Positions 52,618-63,667 are shown, numbered from the stretch's first letter. The stretch: 64,000 nt of DNA from Aulosira sp. ZfuVER01 (GCA_034530615.2 JAVRCV020000028.1:32001-96000), one strand, 5' to 3'. A program made the numbers and translations. Notes: generated by a model from the sequence alone, not told the origin.

Positions 52618-53691
52618 CTATAGCCCTTTAAATCCCATACCCATTTCTATCTGCTGTTCAACCTGCATAGAACTCAACTTCCGAGAAGCAATTCTGCGAG
52701 AATTTTGCCGTTGAGTACCAAGCTGACTGAGGAATATACCAACTAATATCAAGCTACCACCAAGGTATTGAGCCATTGTCGGGGCTTCATTTAATATCAA
52801 AAAAGCTGCAATAATGCCTATGATTGGGGTAAATGAGCCAATTAAGGAAGCAGTTGAGACTGTAGAAGCTCTTAAACCTTTAATCCAAAATGACTGGCCT
52901 AGCACTACAATCACGACACCATAAACTAACATCCATTGCCAAAGAAAAGGTGAGAATACATCTATAAAATGCTCTTGACCATAGAGTCCTAAAGCAATAA
53001 AGAAAAAGATTACCGTTCCTAAGGCAGTACGAAATATAGTGTAAATTCCTAAGGGAATCTGGGAAAGGTATTTTTTACCAATAATTGTGGAAATAGCGAC
53101 AGCCAAAGCTCCTAATGCTGCTAATATTTCCCCTAAACCCAATCTCAGACCTCCCATGTCCATCATGGCTTTCTCTGGGGATTGTAGGAGAATTGTCAGA
53201 CTAACACCAATAAATGCTGCGATCGCACCGCCAATTTCCCATTTATTTACCCGTTCTCGCAACAACCAGACAGAGAAAGCCAAAGTTAATGGTGGTTCCA
53301 AGCGACTAATTAAGACGACATTATTAACTCCTGTAATTGCTAGTGCTTGGAAAATTAAGCCAGGAGCCAGCGCTCCCGATAAGACAGCTACTATGGTGAG
53401 ACTGAGCCAATCTCTTTTTGATAGTCGGCGTAAGTTCGTTTTATTCCACTGTCGCCAATAGATTGCAATCAGCACCATTAAGGCGCACAGATTGCCGACA
53501 AACAAGACATTGCACAATGATATGGGATTGCGATCGCCTATGAAGTGTTGGGCACCAATTTCTGTTAACTTGCGGGTGACTGCACTAGATGCGCCAAAGA
53601 TCAGAATTGCTAACCAGAGATATATTTGCCCTGGAACCTTGTGCGTGAGGCGATGTTGTCTTTTTTCTCTAGTCACAATCCACCACTGCAT
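52618..53691 (-). CDS. DMT/EamA-family transporter
   Basis: Two EamA repeats with about 10 TM segments (LEPPL..LLRERV; TPIIG..LILNEAP). Confidence 0.85.
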   Translation of the reverse strand: MQWWIVTREKRQHRLTHKVPGQIYLWLAILIFGASSAVTRKLTEIGAQHFIGDRNPISLCNVLFVGNLCALMVLIAIYWRQWNKTNLRRLSKRDWLSLTIVAVLSGALAPGLIFQALAITGVNNVVLISRLEPPLTLAFSVWLLRERVNKWEIGGAIAAFIGVSLTILLQSPEKAMMDMGGLRLGLGEILAALGALAVAISTIIGKKYLSQIPLGIYTIFRTALGTVIFFFIALGLYGQEHFIDVFSPFLWQWMLVYGVVIVVLGQSFWIKGLRASTVSTASLIGSFTPIIGIIAAFLILNEAPTMAQYLGGSLILVGIFLSQLGTQRQNSRRIASRKLSSMQVEQQIEMGMGFKGL

Positions 53692-53912
53692 ATTTAAGTT
53701 GCCCTTATCTATTCATCATGAGGCTTTGCGAAAAAAATACTGAAATTAACTTGTAAATTTAAGATGTCATAACTCTATGAGGAAACGCTGAGAAGCAACT
53801 TAAATTTCTCAAGGGATAAATTCATCAAAATCATGGCTGAGTTTCAGATGAGCTTCAGTCTCAACAGCCATAGTGTGGTTGTTCCAGACAAGCCCAAGAT
53901 TAGGAGTCACAA

Positions 53913-54290
53913 ATGAAACTCGCTGCCATGCTCACAAGTGTTGCTTTAGTTGGTTGTTTTACAATTTGGGATGCTCCCCTCAAAGCCATCAATCCTTTAC
54001 TCGTTCAAGCTTCAGCCGCAGAAGCCAAAGATGCTACAGGGTTAACTGCTCAACAAAAAATTGAATATCTCGGAAAACATAAAGGTGAATTTGGTAGTGG
54101 AGACGCTTTACGTCGTTACTTTTTTGGCGATTTAGAGCCAATTGCTGTACAGCCCGGTGGTGCGGGTATGGTGGTTAACCTTTACAACAAAACTAATGAT
54201 GTCACGATCGCTTACTGTACAACCTACGATGTGGTTGTCGCGATTAAGAAAGGCAAGATTACTAAGTTTGCAGCCAACGAAGTAAAGTAA
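53913..54290 (+). CDS. Hypothetical exported protein
   Basis: GGAG RBS upstream, signal-peptide-like N-terminus, FGSGDALRRYFFGDL motif. Confidence 0.7.
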   Translation: MKLAAMLTSVALVGCFTIWDAPLKAINPLLVQASAAEAKDATGLTAQQKIEYLGKHKGEFGSGDALRRYFFGDLEPIAVQPGGAGMVVNLYNKTNDVTIAYCTTYDVVVAIKKGKITKFAANEVK

Positions 54291-54455
54291 ACCCCACATT
54301 TCAGCTAGTAGGGACTGGGGACTGGGGAATTTTCCCCGCATTCCCACGTCCCTGGCGCACTTTCCCATGATTGACTGATAAGCTGCGTTTATTAATACTA
54401 TCCACAAGTATTTGTCAAGTTGGGTTGACTTATTGTAACAATCTTGTTAAATTTA

Positions 54456-54473
54456 TTTACATAAGTTAACAAG
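54456..54473 (+). promoter_or_regulatory. Candidate HLR1 (RpaB) site
   Basis: TTTACATA-AG-TTAACAAG versus consensus (G/T)TTACA(T/A)(T/A)-N2-repeat, just upstream of psb34. Confidence 0.4.
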
Positions 54474-54490
54474 CAGCAAAAGAAAAAACT

Positions 54491-54661
54491 ATGTATACCA
54501 CAGTTAATGAAGACGGCGTTCTCAACAACTACGCGATTGAACCACAAATTAGCTATGCTGAGTACCCAACAATTTGGGAACAACGCAAATATCTTTTACA
54601 AGCTGGATTCGCTACATTACTTGTAACCACTCTCGTGTTGGTTGGCTTGAGCGTTAGCTAA
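54491..54661 (+). CDS. psb34: Photosystem II assembly factor Psb34 (Ssl1498 family), 56 aa; absent from ORF track
   Basis: Manual translation MYTTVNEDGVLNNYAIEPQISYAEYPTIWEQRKYLLQAGFATLLVTTLVLVGLSVS. Confidence 0.88.
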   Translation: MYTTVNEDGVLNNYAIEPQISYAEYPTIWEQRKYLLQAGFATLLVTTLVLVGLSVS

Positions 54662-54717
54662 GATTTTTTGATTTCGGTAAAAGTAGCTCTCATCGTCATT
54701 TAACCTCTTCCCCATCG

Positions 54718-54744
54718 CCTCGGCTATAAACCGAGGTTTTTTTT
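54718..54744 (+). terminator. Rho-independent terminator
   Basis: cctcgg-ctataaa-ccgagg followed by a T-run. Confidence 0.8.
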
Positions 54745-54771
54745 GTGGCAATGGCAATGAGTTTTCAGGCG

Positions 54772-57700
54772 TCAATTAAAAGTGGAACTGCTTACTACCT
54801 GATTATCTGCTTGTGCCTGTTCTAAGCAAACAATTAATTTTTTGGCTAAAATCTGCACACTTGGTTCTCCAAGCATACCTAGATGTGTCCCAGGCACATC
54901 GTGCATCTCCACACCTTGTTTAGCCATTCCATTCCAGCCTCTACAGGGTTTGAACCGACACCATCTCAACACTTCTTTAGTAGTAAATAAAGTTACCTTA
55001 CCAGCGTAGGGTTGTGGTACATAATCCGCCATAGTGGCTCGCTTGAGAGCTTCTATCAATGCCATGTTGTAAGGGTTGGCATCTTCAGTAAAAGAGTGTT
55101 CATTCCACAAGTCAAACTTGCTGCTTGGTTTCCCAGTTAACAAGGAACCAAACCAATCTAGTTTGGCGAGAAAATAGTTCCATTTATCTATTGATCTAAG
55201 TCGCAAGAAAGTCAGCAAATAGACATAAATTGTACGCAATAGCGAAGGATTATTGATATACAAACTGGGGCTATATGTATCAAACATAGCTAATAAAGCC
55301 ACGCGATCGCCTTGAGCAACTAACTGACGCGCCATTTCAAAAGCAACTGTCCCACCACTAGAAAAACCACCCAACAGATAGGGGCCATGTGGTTGAACAG
55401 TACGAATTTCTTGGATGTAGTGAGATGCCATATCCTCAACCTTAGCGTGGGGAGTTTGTTTACCATCAAGTCCTTGTGCTTGTAACCCATACACAGGTTG
55501 TTCTGTACCCAAGTAACGCACTAGAGTTTGGTAGCCAATAACATTACCTCCGAGGGCATGGATCAAGAATAAAGGACGTTTCGCACTGCTACCTGGCTGA
55601 ATAGTTACCAGAGAAGACCAAGAAACTGATGTATTTGATTGACTGAGAATGCTAGCTAATTGTTCTATGGTTGGTGATTGTAACAAGGTAGCTAGGGGAA
55701 GTTTTTGAGCAAATTTCTTTTCTATTTGTGTAAATAATTTTACCGCTAATAGCGAATTTCCGCCCAAATCAAAGAAATTATCGCTGATGCCAATTGACTC
55801 AATACCTAAAACCGCTGACCAAATTTGCGCTAACTCGATTTCTATAGTGTTTTTTGGAGAAACAAAGGCTTTTTCTAATTCTGGTCGACTTTGGTCAGGG
55901 ATGGGCAAAGCACGGCGGTCTACCTTACTATTAGGAGTCAGTGGAATTTTGGCGATCGCTACAAAGGCAGATGGAATCATATACTCTGGCAATTTCTCTT
56001 GCAGAAAACGCCGCAATTCATTCATCGTTGGTTTAGACTCACCATTGATCGCTACATAAGCTACCAATCGCTTATTTCCAGGCTCATCTTCCCGCGCTAT
56101 AACTACAGTTTCCTGTACACAATTGTGTTGTGCCAATACATTCTCAATTTCGCCCAACTCGATACGGAAACCGCGAATCTTTACCTGATGGTCAATCCGA
56201 CCGAGAAATTCAATATTACCATCACTGAGATAGCGAGCTAAGTCTCCTGTTTTATAGAGTCGTGCTGATTTCTTGTCACTAAAGGGATTGGGAATGAATT
56301 TTTGGGCTGTAAGTTCGGGTTGATTTAAATAGCCAGAGGCTAAACATTCTCCACCAATATGCAATTCCCCAGAAACACCAATGGGACAGGGATTGAGATA
56401 ATCATCAAGAATGTAATATTCAGCGTTTTGGATGGGTTTACCATAGGGGATACTCTTCCAATATGGCTCAACTTTGCCAATGGGATAATAATTAGACCAA
56501 ACTGTTGCTTCTGTTGCGCCACCCAAACTAATCACTTCTACTCCAGGGAAGGTGGCTTTCAGTAAATCTGGCAGTGTGACTGGTATCCAATCACCGCTCA
56601 TAAATACTAGCCGCAATTGGGGATGGCAATTACTTTCTTGAACCTTGGAGAAAAAACCGGCCAGTTGTTGCAGTGCAGGCGGTGCAGAGTCCCAGAATGT
56701 GATTGGCTCATGGCAAAGAATGTGCAACAAAGCTTCTGGATCTCGGACATCATGGCTAGGGACAACCCGAACTGAACCACCTGCGGCTAATAATCCGAAA
56801 ATGTCATAAACTGACAGGTCAAAACACAAGGATGTGATAAATAAAACTCTATCAGCAGAATTAACATTAAATGTTTTGTTAACCCATTCAATCAGGTTGA
56901 TAACGGGTCGATGACGAACCACGACCCCCTTTGGCGTCCCTGTAGAGCCAGAGGTAAAAATCACATAGGCAATATCATTTGAATTGGCAGATGCAGGCAA
57001 ATTTCCGCTAGGTAGGAAATCGAGATAAGAACGATTCCATACCTGCTGATGTCCAACTTGCCATACAGATTCAGTATGTGCAGATTTATCCAAACAGATT
57101 AAGTGTTGCAGTGCTATCAGTTCTAGCTCATGAATATTAGGTAACAAACAAGTTTGGGTGACTAGACAGTTAATTTCTAGAGAAGACAGCAGTAATTGAA
57201 TGCGTGCCTTGGGGAAACTGGGTTCTAATGGTACGTATGCACCTCCAGCTTTTAAAATCCCTAGCACCGTCGGAATCATTTCTAGCGATCGCTCTAGATA
57301 TACAGCAACTAACACCCCAGGCTTAACACCCAGTTGCTTCAAGTGATGGGCTAACTGATTAGCTCTACAGTTCAACTGTTGGTAGGTTAGTTGTTCCTCT
57401 CCACAAACGACGGCTACAGCATCGGGTGTTTGCTCTACCTGCGCCTCAAATAGTTGATGAATACAAAGTTGCTCTGCAAAATCTGCTTGTGTATGATTCC
57501 ACTCAATCAATATTTGATGTTTTTCATCAGTCGTCAATAGTGGTAGTTCTCTTAAACACTGCCAGGGATTATTTGCCATGCTGGACAATAAAGTCTGAAG
57601 ATGTCCCAGCATCCGACCGATTTTGGCACGATCGAACTTGTGTTGGTCATATTTGAGTTTCAGTAACATTTCTGACTCTGCATAACCAACCAATGTCAGA

Positions 57701-58851
57701 GGAAAGTTCGTCTGTTCTTCTAGCCGGAATTCCAGGTTTTGCCATCTGCCACCCTGAGAACGTAAAGCTGAATTCAATTCATAGTTTTCAAATACCAAAA
57801 GACTATCGAACAAGGGCGTTCCCGGTGGCACATCGCTCCATCTTTGAACGTTGACTAGGGGAGTATGTTCGTAGTTTCGCAAAGCCACCCACTGCGATCG
57901 CAATTCTTTGAGCCAAGTCAGAAGCGATTTTTCCCCTGAAACGCTGACTCGAACTGGCAAGGTATTGATCAACAGTCCTACTATTGATTCAGCTCCTGCT
58001 ACGGAGGAATGACGACAGGCTCTTGTAGCACCAAATACAATATCGCTTTCACCACTATAACGGCTCAAAAGTATTGCCCAAGCGCCCTGTACTAAAGTAT
58101 TGAGTGTGAGTTGATGTTGTTGTGCTAAAGACTGCAACATCGCTGTAGTTTTTTCTGAGAGCCGGATTGCTTGCTCGCCAAAACCGCTTTGATCGCGCGG
58201 ATTTGAGTCTAATAATAAAGGTGTGGGTGCGGTAAAGCCTTTGAGCAAGTTCCGCCAAAAACTTTCAGCCTGAGACCAATTTTGTTGCTGTAGCCATGTA
58301 ATGTGATCTTGATAAGGACGGGGTTGGGGAAGTTGTAAGTCTTTGCCTTCGCAGAAAGCATCATAAAAGGTGAATACTTCCTTAATAATGACTGACAAAG
58401 AACGACCATCTAACAAAGCATGGTGAAAAGTCCAAATAAATTGGTAGACAGATGCTTTCAAGCGAAATAATCCTAGGCGCATCAATGGCGCGACATTTAA
58501 CTCAAAGCCAAGAGTGCGATCGCTTTGCAGATAAGCTTGCAATTTAGTTGATTGTTCTGTGTCAGATAAGTCACACCAATCTTGCTGTTCCAGAGGAATT
58601 ATGACTTTTTCATGCACATATTGCTGAGGTTCGTGTTCACTTTCCCAATCAAAGCTAGTTCTCAAAACTGCGTGTCGTTCTACAACTTTCTGCCATGCTT
58701 GTTGAAATGCAAAACAATCAATTTTTTCATATACTACACAGATCATCTGCTCAATATCTACTCCCGATTTTTGAGCAACTAGATTGTTAAACAGCATTCC
58801 TTGCTGTAGAGATGACAGTGGATATGAATATTTTCTGGCTTCTACTTTCAT
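54772..58851 (-). CDS. Monomodular NRPS (C-A-T-TE)
   Basis: C: HHALLDG; A: YVIFTSGSTGTPKG, GGATE, YKTGD, KIRGFRIELGEIE; T: FFDLGGNSL; TE: GFSSG and GTHLGML. Confidence 0.95.
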   Translation of the reverse strand: MKVEARKYSYPLSSLQQGMLFNNLVAQKSGVDIEQMICVVYEKIDCFAFQQAWQKVVERHAVLRTSFDWESEHEPQQYVHEKVIIPLEQQDWCDLSDTEQSTKLQAYLQSDRTLGFELNVAPLMRLGLFRLKASVYQFIWTFHHALLDGRSLSVIIKEVFTFYDAFCEGKDLQLPQPRPYQDHITWLQQQNWSQAESFWRNLLKGFTAPTPLLLDSNPRDQSGFGEQAIRLSEKTTAMLQSLAQQHQLTLNTLVQGAWAILLSRYSGESDIVFGATRACRHSSVAGAESIVGLLINTLPVRVSVSGEKSLLTWLKELRSQWVALRNYEHTPLVNVQRWSDVPPGTPLFDSLLVFENYELNSALRSQGGRWQNLEFRLEEQTNFPLTLVGYAESEMLLKLKYDQHKFDRAKIGRMLGHLQTLLSSMANNPWQCLRELPLLTTDEKHQILIEWNHTQADFAEQLCIHQLFEAQVEQTPDAVAVVCGEEQLTYQQLNCRANQLAHHLKQLGVKPGVLVAVYLERSLEMIPTVLGILKAGGAYVPLEPSFPKARIQLLLSSLEINCLVTQTCLLPNIHELELIALQHLICLDKSAHTESVWQVGHQQVWNRSYLDFLPSGNLPASANSNDIAYVIFTSGSTGTPKGVVVRHRPVINLIEWVNKTFNVNSADRVLFITSLCFDLSVYDIFGLLAAGGSVRVVPSHDVRDPEALLHILCHEPITFWDSAPPALQQLAGFFSKVQESNCHPQLRLVFMSGDWIPVTLPDLLKATFPGVEVISLGGATEATVWSNYYPIGKVEPYWKSIPYGKPIQNAEYYILDDYLNPCPIGVSGELHIGGECLASGYLNQPELTAQKFIPNPFSDKKSARLYKTGDLARYLSDGNIEFLGRIDHQVKIRGFRIELGEIENVLAQHNCVQETVVIAREDEPGNKRLVAYVAINGESKPTMNELRRFLQEKLPEYMIPSAFVAIAKIPLTPNSKVDRRALPIPDQSRPELEKAFVSPKNTIEIELAQIWSAVLGIESIGISDNFFDLGGNSLLAVKLFTQIEKKFAQKLPLATLLQSPTIEQLASILSQSNTSVSWSSLVTIQPGSSAKRPLFLIHALGGNVIGYQTLVRYLGTEQPVYGLQAQGLDGKQTPHAKVEDMASHYIQEIRTVQPHGPYLLGGFSSGGTVAFEMARQLVAQGDRVALLAMFDTYSPSLYINNPSLLRTIYVYLLTFLRLRSIDKWNYFLAKLDWFGSLLTGKPSSKFDLWNEHSFTEDANPYNMALIEALKRATMADYVPQPYAGKVTLFTTKEVLRWCRFKPCRGWNGMAKQGVEMHDVPGTHLGMLGEPSVQILAKKLIVCLEQAQADNQVVSSSTFN

Positions 58852-58880
58852 TTTGTTTTTATAAAAATCATGAATGATTT

Positions 58881-58905
58881 GATAGTTACTAAAAATGTAA
58901 CTATC
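58881..58905. promoter_or_regulatory. Perfect palindrome, candidate operator of the NRPS gene
   Basis: gatagttac-N7-gtaactatc about 30 bp upstream of the ATG. Confidence 0.5.
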
Positions 58906-59432
58906 CGATAAAAGGTTAAATGATTACAAAATTAAATAAAATAAATTCTCTGCAATATCTAGTAATTAATAGATTGACTACAATTAATCAAATATATCTA
59001 CTAATTACTAAATAAATTTTTTATAACAGGCAGAAAACTTATAAAAATTATGGTAGTGCAGCTTTATTAATAAGTATCAATAGAATTTAGCAAGTAATAT
59101 TTCAAATTCTATATAAAAATAATAAAGAATTATCTAGATTCTACAAAGAAAAGATAAAGTTATAATAGCTACTCCGTGGTTTTAGCTAATAAATTCGATA
59201 TTTTTAACCAGTGAAGTGTAGCCAAAATTCAATAAATTAAAGCATTCTATTTTTTGACTTTTGCCAGTGGTAACGATCGCTACATAAAATTTAAGCAAAT
59301 AAAAAAGGCGGCTTTGCCACCTCTTTATTTATCTAGTTTTTAGATAACGGTACAGTATCAACTACACAGCTGGCTACAAATTATTATGCGTGTCACCATA
59401 TCATCATGTAGCCAAGTTCAAGGCAATTGAGA

Positions 59433-60911
59433 TTACCACTTGTGTCTGATCCAATCGTAAATCTCTACATATTCAGTGCCTGGAATATTCCATGAGTAGT
59501 CATACTCCATACCCTGAATTGCTAATTCGCGGAACTCTTCAGGAGAGTAATTCCACAAATCAATTGCTCGTTCCATTGCTGACTCAAGCGCATAATTATC
59601 GCTTTCATAAAATACAAAACCATTGCGTTTTTCTGGTGGTACATTCTCGTCATAATTGCGGTCAAATACTGTATTCACCAGACCACCAACACCGCGCACA
59701 ATCGGTACAGTGCCATATTTCAAGCCAATCATTTGCGTTAACCCACAAGGTTCGTAATTGCTTGGGACAACAATCATATCTGCCCCTGCATAAATCAGGT
59801 GAGATAATTCTTCGTTAAAGCCCAGCTCTAAATGTACATCTGGGTTGTTATTTAAAAATTGTTTTTCATGCCGGAATTGTTCATTGATTCCTGGTTCTGT
59901 TGCTGAACCTAGTAAGACAAATTGCGCTCCTTTATTCAGGGCGTAATAAATGGCATGATGAACAAGATGTACGCCTTTTTGATTATCTAAACGGCCAATG
60001 TAAGCAACTATTGGTTTATCTTCTTGGCGGAGCATGAGCCGCTCTCGTAAAGCTTTTTTGTTATCGAATTTTTGTTCAAAATTGTCTTTGGTATAGTTGG
60101 ATGGGATGTAGCGATCTACTTCCGGATTCCAAAAGTCGTAATCAATACCGTTGAGTATTCCACGGAATTTATCTTGGTGTAAATGCAAAGTATGGCCTAA
60201 CCCACAACCAACATCGCTGGTACGGGCTTCCCAAGCATGGTTGGGAGAAACTGTGGTGAAAGCATTGGAGTAAACAATCCCCGCCTTCATAAAGTTCAAG
60301 GCAAAAGGGTTAAAGTTATCACGCAGCTTATCGTATTGGAAGTAATATTCTGGTCGATTTAAACCTGTAGCTTGGAGAGTTTCTACACCACCCATTCCTT
60401 GATGCTTAAAGTTGTGGATGGTGTAACAAACTCTCTGATACTCCATGCCATAATACTTGTACATTTCATGGAGCATGACTGGAATTAAGCCTGTTTGCCA
60501 GTCATGACAATGGATGACATCGGGTCGTTTATTGCTTTGAAGCAAAAACTCTAAAGCAGCTTTGCTAAAGAAGGCAAAGCGCATATTATCGTCATCGCAG
60601 CCATAATAGCAGCCCCGATTGAAGAAATTATCTTGAGAGTGGGGTTCAATGAAAAAACACACCCTTCCATGTACCCAACCGCAGTACACAGAACACTGAA
60701 TTGCTCCACCATACCAAGGTACTGATAAGTTGCGGTAGGCATCATGCAGCCCCCAAATATGGTCGTAGCGCATACAATCATACTTGGGCAGAATTAGCTC
60801 AACACAATGTCCCCGAGTCTCTAATTCCCGACTCAGTCCGTAAACAACATCCCCTAAACCGCCAGCTTTAATTACAGGCGCACACTCCGAGGCAATCTGT
60901 ACAATGTACAT
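59433..60911 (-). CDS. glgA: Glycogen synthase (start likely MYIVQ)
   Basis: KAGGLGDV, HCHDWQ, TIHN, GILNGID, RL..QKG, PSNYEPCGLTQ. Confidence 0.96.
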   Translation of the reverse strand: MYIVQIASECAPVIKAGGLGDVVYGLSRELETRGHCVELILPKYDCMRYDHIWGLHDAYRNLSVPWYGGAIQCSVYCGWVHGRVCFFIEPHSQDNFFNRGCYYGCDDDNMRFAFFSKAALEFLLQSNKRPDVIHCHDWQTGLIPVMLHEMYKYYGMEYQRVCYTIHNFKHQGMGGVETLQATGLNRPEYYFQYDKLRDNFNPFALNFMKAGIVYSNAFTTVSPNHAWEARTSDVGCGLGHTLHLHQDKFRGILNGIDYDFWNPEVDRYIPSNYTKDNFEQKFDNKKALRERLMLRQEDKPIVAYIGRLDNQKGVHLVHHAIYYALNKGAQFVLLGSATEPGINEQFRHEKQFLNNNPDVHLELGFNEELSHLIYAGADMIVVPSNYEPCGLTQMIGLKYGTVPIVRGVGGLVNTVFDRNYDENVPPEKRNGFVFYESDNYALESAMERAIDLWNYSPEEFRELAIQGMEYDYSWNIPGTEYVEIYDWIRHKW

Positions 60912-61200
60912 TCCTAGTCCCCGCTTCACAAAACTTTATTTGTACTATATTCTTATCAGTACATGAAAAATGTACTCATTGACACGTAAGTAGTTGAATG
61001 ATAAGCAAAAAAATTTAAACACCGGTCTATCAATAATCAAATCTATTAGCATCAGTGGAAAATTATGCAATTTGTAAGATGCAGATTATTGTTATGGGAA
61101 TCTAAATTTTATTGCTGAAATTACTTGTATCAAGAGGGAACGGGGAATAGGTAATAGAGGCGTAGAGATAAATACTCTCGAAAAATTGGTGAGTGAGAGG

Positions 61201-61893
61201 CTAGTTGACTTCCACACTCGCTATAGTGACTTTTACCTTGGCAGATGTAGTATTATCACCCAGAAAAAGCAAATTAGGTGTGGTGTAAGGATTTTTATAA
61301 CCTGGTGGTGGTGTGAAGCCTGTATATTGTCGCAGCTTACCTTGAAGAATGGGGGAGGCAATTCCGTTAACAAACAGCTGATAGTTAGCATCCTTGACGG
61401 TTAGCTTATATGTTTGCACTGAAGCTTTCGTGTGATGAGCGACATTTTCGCCACGGGTAAAGCCGACATTCTGTGCCCAAATGCTATTTTCCCAGAAGCT
61501 CAATTCTATACCGTAGGGTTGCTGTTCACTAGTTAACTTGTTAGCGATCGCCATCATACTAAAGCCAGCGCGATTATCGGAACTGTGGCTTTCCGAATTA
61601 ATTTGCACTCTGAAAGTGATGGTGTAACCTTTGCTGCGATCTAAAATTACCGGAGATTGGCGAAAATATCCTGCATAATTGGCGTTAGTGCCGCTAGTAT
61701 CGAGAATCGTACCATTGGTTGTGGCGATCGCATAAGGTGCAGGAGATACGGCACTCCAAAGATACATCCATCCTTGTTGAGCTAGTGTTTGACTAGGGCT
61801 TGATAAGCCGTTATACAGTACCGCCGCACTAGCAGCATGAGTTCCCATCAGCAAGACAAAGCCAGCAGTCACAGCAGCGAGAGAGGTTTTCAT
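61201..61893 (-). CDS. Secreted protein resembling the choice-of-anchor Y domain, no C-terminal sorting tail
   Basis: Signal peptide; LDRSKGYTITF..QINSESH...RAGFS, GIELSFW..IWAQ, PYTTPNLLFLGDNTTSA. Confidence 0.6.
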   Translation of the reverse strand: MKTSLAAVTAGFVLLMGTHAASAAVLYNGLSSPSQTLAQQGWMYLWSAVSPAPYAIATTNGTILDTSGTNANYAGYFRQSPVILDRSKGYTITFRVQINSESHSSDNRAGFSMMAIANKLTSEQQPYGIELSFWENSIWAQNVGFTRGENVAHHTKASVQTYKLTVKDANYQLFVNGIASPILQGKLRQYTGFTPPPGYKNPYTTPNLLFLGDNTTSAKVKVTIASVEVN

Positions 61894-62009
61894 TAATTCT
61901 TAATTACAAAGGTATTATTTGGTAGTTACGGTAGTGCTATCCCTGAAATCACGGTTCAAATTATACCTGTAATTAAGGTGTTTTTTCTCACGCCAAGAAA
62001 GATATGAAG

Positions 62010-63581
62010 TTAAATCACAAAGGGGTCAAGTTGGCTACTGAACCATTGTTCGCCCACGCGCTCTGCTATCAATGGTTTGACGGTAAACTTGGGTGGAATG
62101 CCGTCATGAACATCAATTCGCACGCAGGAATAAGCAAGTTGCTTTTGAAAGGCGTAGTCTTTGCGACCTACATATAATAGTGAATCTGCTACTTTGCGAT
62201 TCGGACTACCAGGAATTTCAGTAAAGGTTTCCAGTAATTCACTTCCCTCTACTCGCTGGCGGCGGGGACGGCGACCGCTACCACCGGAGATAATATAGTT
62301 GATGTGGGAGTCAGCGTAACCTGTATCTACGGTACGCAGATATTCTAGACAGTGGGCATGACCGCTAAGAACTAAGTCTACTATGGGACGGTTTTGGATT
62401 TGGGAACCCAGAGTTTTTGCTACTCGATCGAACACCCAGCGTAGACGGTGACGCACTGCTAGAGTTTGGGCTTGATGCCATTTAGTTGCTTCTGTGACGT
62501 AGGGGGGATGGTGGAGATAGATTACCCGTCCGCGTACCTCAGAGTTATTCCAAGATTCAATCAACCTGTTACACAGCCAGTTTAGTTGTTCAAAGTCAAT
62601 TGTCGCTGGTGTATGGGATGCTAATTGTTTTTCAATGTCGATTTTGACTTCGTTGATTTGGTCTAATTTGGCACTGAGGTCATCGAGTTGTTCCGCATCA
62701 TCAGGGTTATCTGGGTTGAGGCGATCGCTCAATTCTAAAATCTGCACTTCTTCCCGATCTATTTCATGACGGCGCTTTTCCAATTCTCGACGGTAAATTC
62801 CCCCGGCTTGGGTTGTTGGTAAAGGCGAAGGTTCGTTAAAGGTATTGGAATCGAGAGCGAAAAAATCTATACCACCGTACCGAAAAGTGTAATAGCGGTT
62901 GGGTAAACGGGTAAAAATTCCCGGTTCGTAGCGTAAACATCGCCCTGTATCTGTTTTTGCAGTGTAGTGAATGTCTAAATGCTCGTTTAATTCTTCAGAA
63001 GAAGCGATTCCTGCAAGATAATCGAGAAATGCCCGTGAATATGCATCGCCTTGATTGGAACCGTGCCAACCAATTTCAAAATCTTTGTAGCGTAGCATCC
63101 GCCGCAGCCGCAACGTACTTCCTGTCAATAGGCGATACAGCAAGGGAACATCGTAATAATCATGATTGCCCAACACTGGTAGGAAGGGTAGATTAAATAC
63201 CATGCGATCGTAGGCAATATTTTCTGGATTCTCCCCGCCTACCAGAAATTCTCGGTAGGGTTCGATAAAATTTGTCGGGTAATATTCATGGGAACCCACC
63301 ACATAAATCACATCACCCGTGTGCAAAACCAAACTGCACTCGTCTTTGTGGGGATGCATGAGTTTAGCAACTTGGCGTTGGGGGTGGTATCCGTAATGAG
63401 ACTTTGTCCCACTATCACCAATGACCATAAAAGAGAATTCTGGGCGATCGCTTTTGCAATCGTCTATGACCATACTAGTTTGGTCGATTCCCCGTTGCAC
63501 AATATTGGGATGCAGCCACCGCACCCTTTCCTGCATCTTGTGAATTTTCACAGGAATTGGCGGTTCGGATATCAATCTCAT
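62010..63581 (-). CDS. Calcineurin-like metallophosphoesterase
   Basis: IGDSG, HTGDVIY, VLGNHDY, LHHPPY, LSGHAH. Confidence 0.9.
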   Translation of the reverse strand: MRLISEPPIPVKIHKMQERVRWLHPNIVQRGIDQTSMVIDDCKSDRPEFSFMVIGDSGTKSHYGYHPQRQVAKLMHPHKDECSLVLHTGDVIYVVGSHEYYPTNFIEPYREFLVGGENPENIAYDRMVFNLPFLPVLGNHDYYDVPLLYRLLTGSTLRLRRMLRYKDFEIGWHGSNQGDAYSRAFLDYLAGIASSEELNEHLDIHYTAKTDTGRCLRYEPGIFTRLPNRYYTFRYGGIDFFALDSNTFNEPSPLPTTQAGGIYRRELEKRRHEIDREEVQILELSDRLNPDNPDDAEQLDDLSAKLDQINEVKIDIEKQLASHTPATIDFEQLNWLCNRLIESWNNSEVRGRVIYLHHPPYVTEATKWHQAQTLAVRHRLRWVFDRVAKTLGSQIQNRPIVDLVLSGHAHCLEYLRTVDTGYADSHINYIISGGSGRRPRRQRVEGSELLETFTEIPGSPNRKVADSLLYVGRKDYAFQKQLAYSCVRIDVHDGIPPKFTVKPLIAERVGEQWFSSQLDPFVI

Positions 63582-63656
63582 TTGTCATTTGTCCTTTGTC
63601 ATTTGTTATTGGGCATTGGGCATTGGGCATTGGGCATTGGGCATTAGTCATTTGTC
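63581..63656. repeat. STRR heptamer tandem repeats
   Basis: tttgtca units and five tgggcat units. Confidence 0.85.
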
Positions 63657-63667
63657 AAAAGTTAGGC

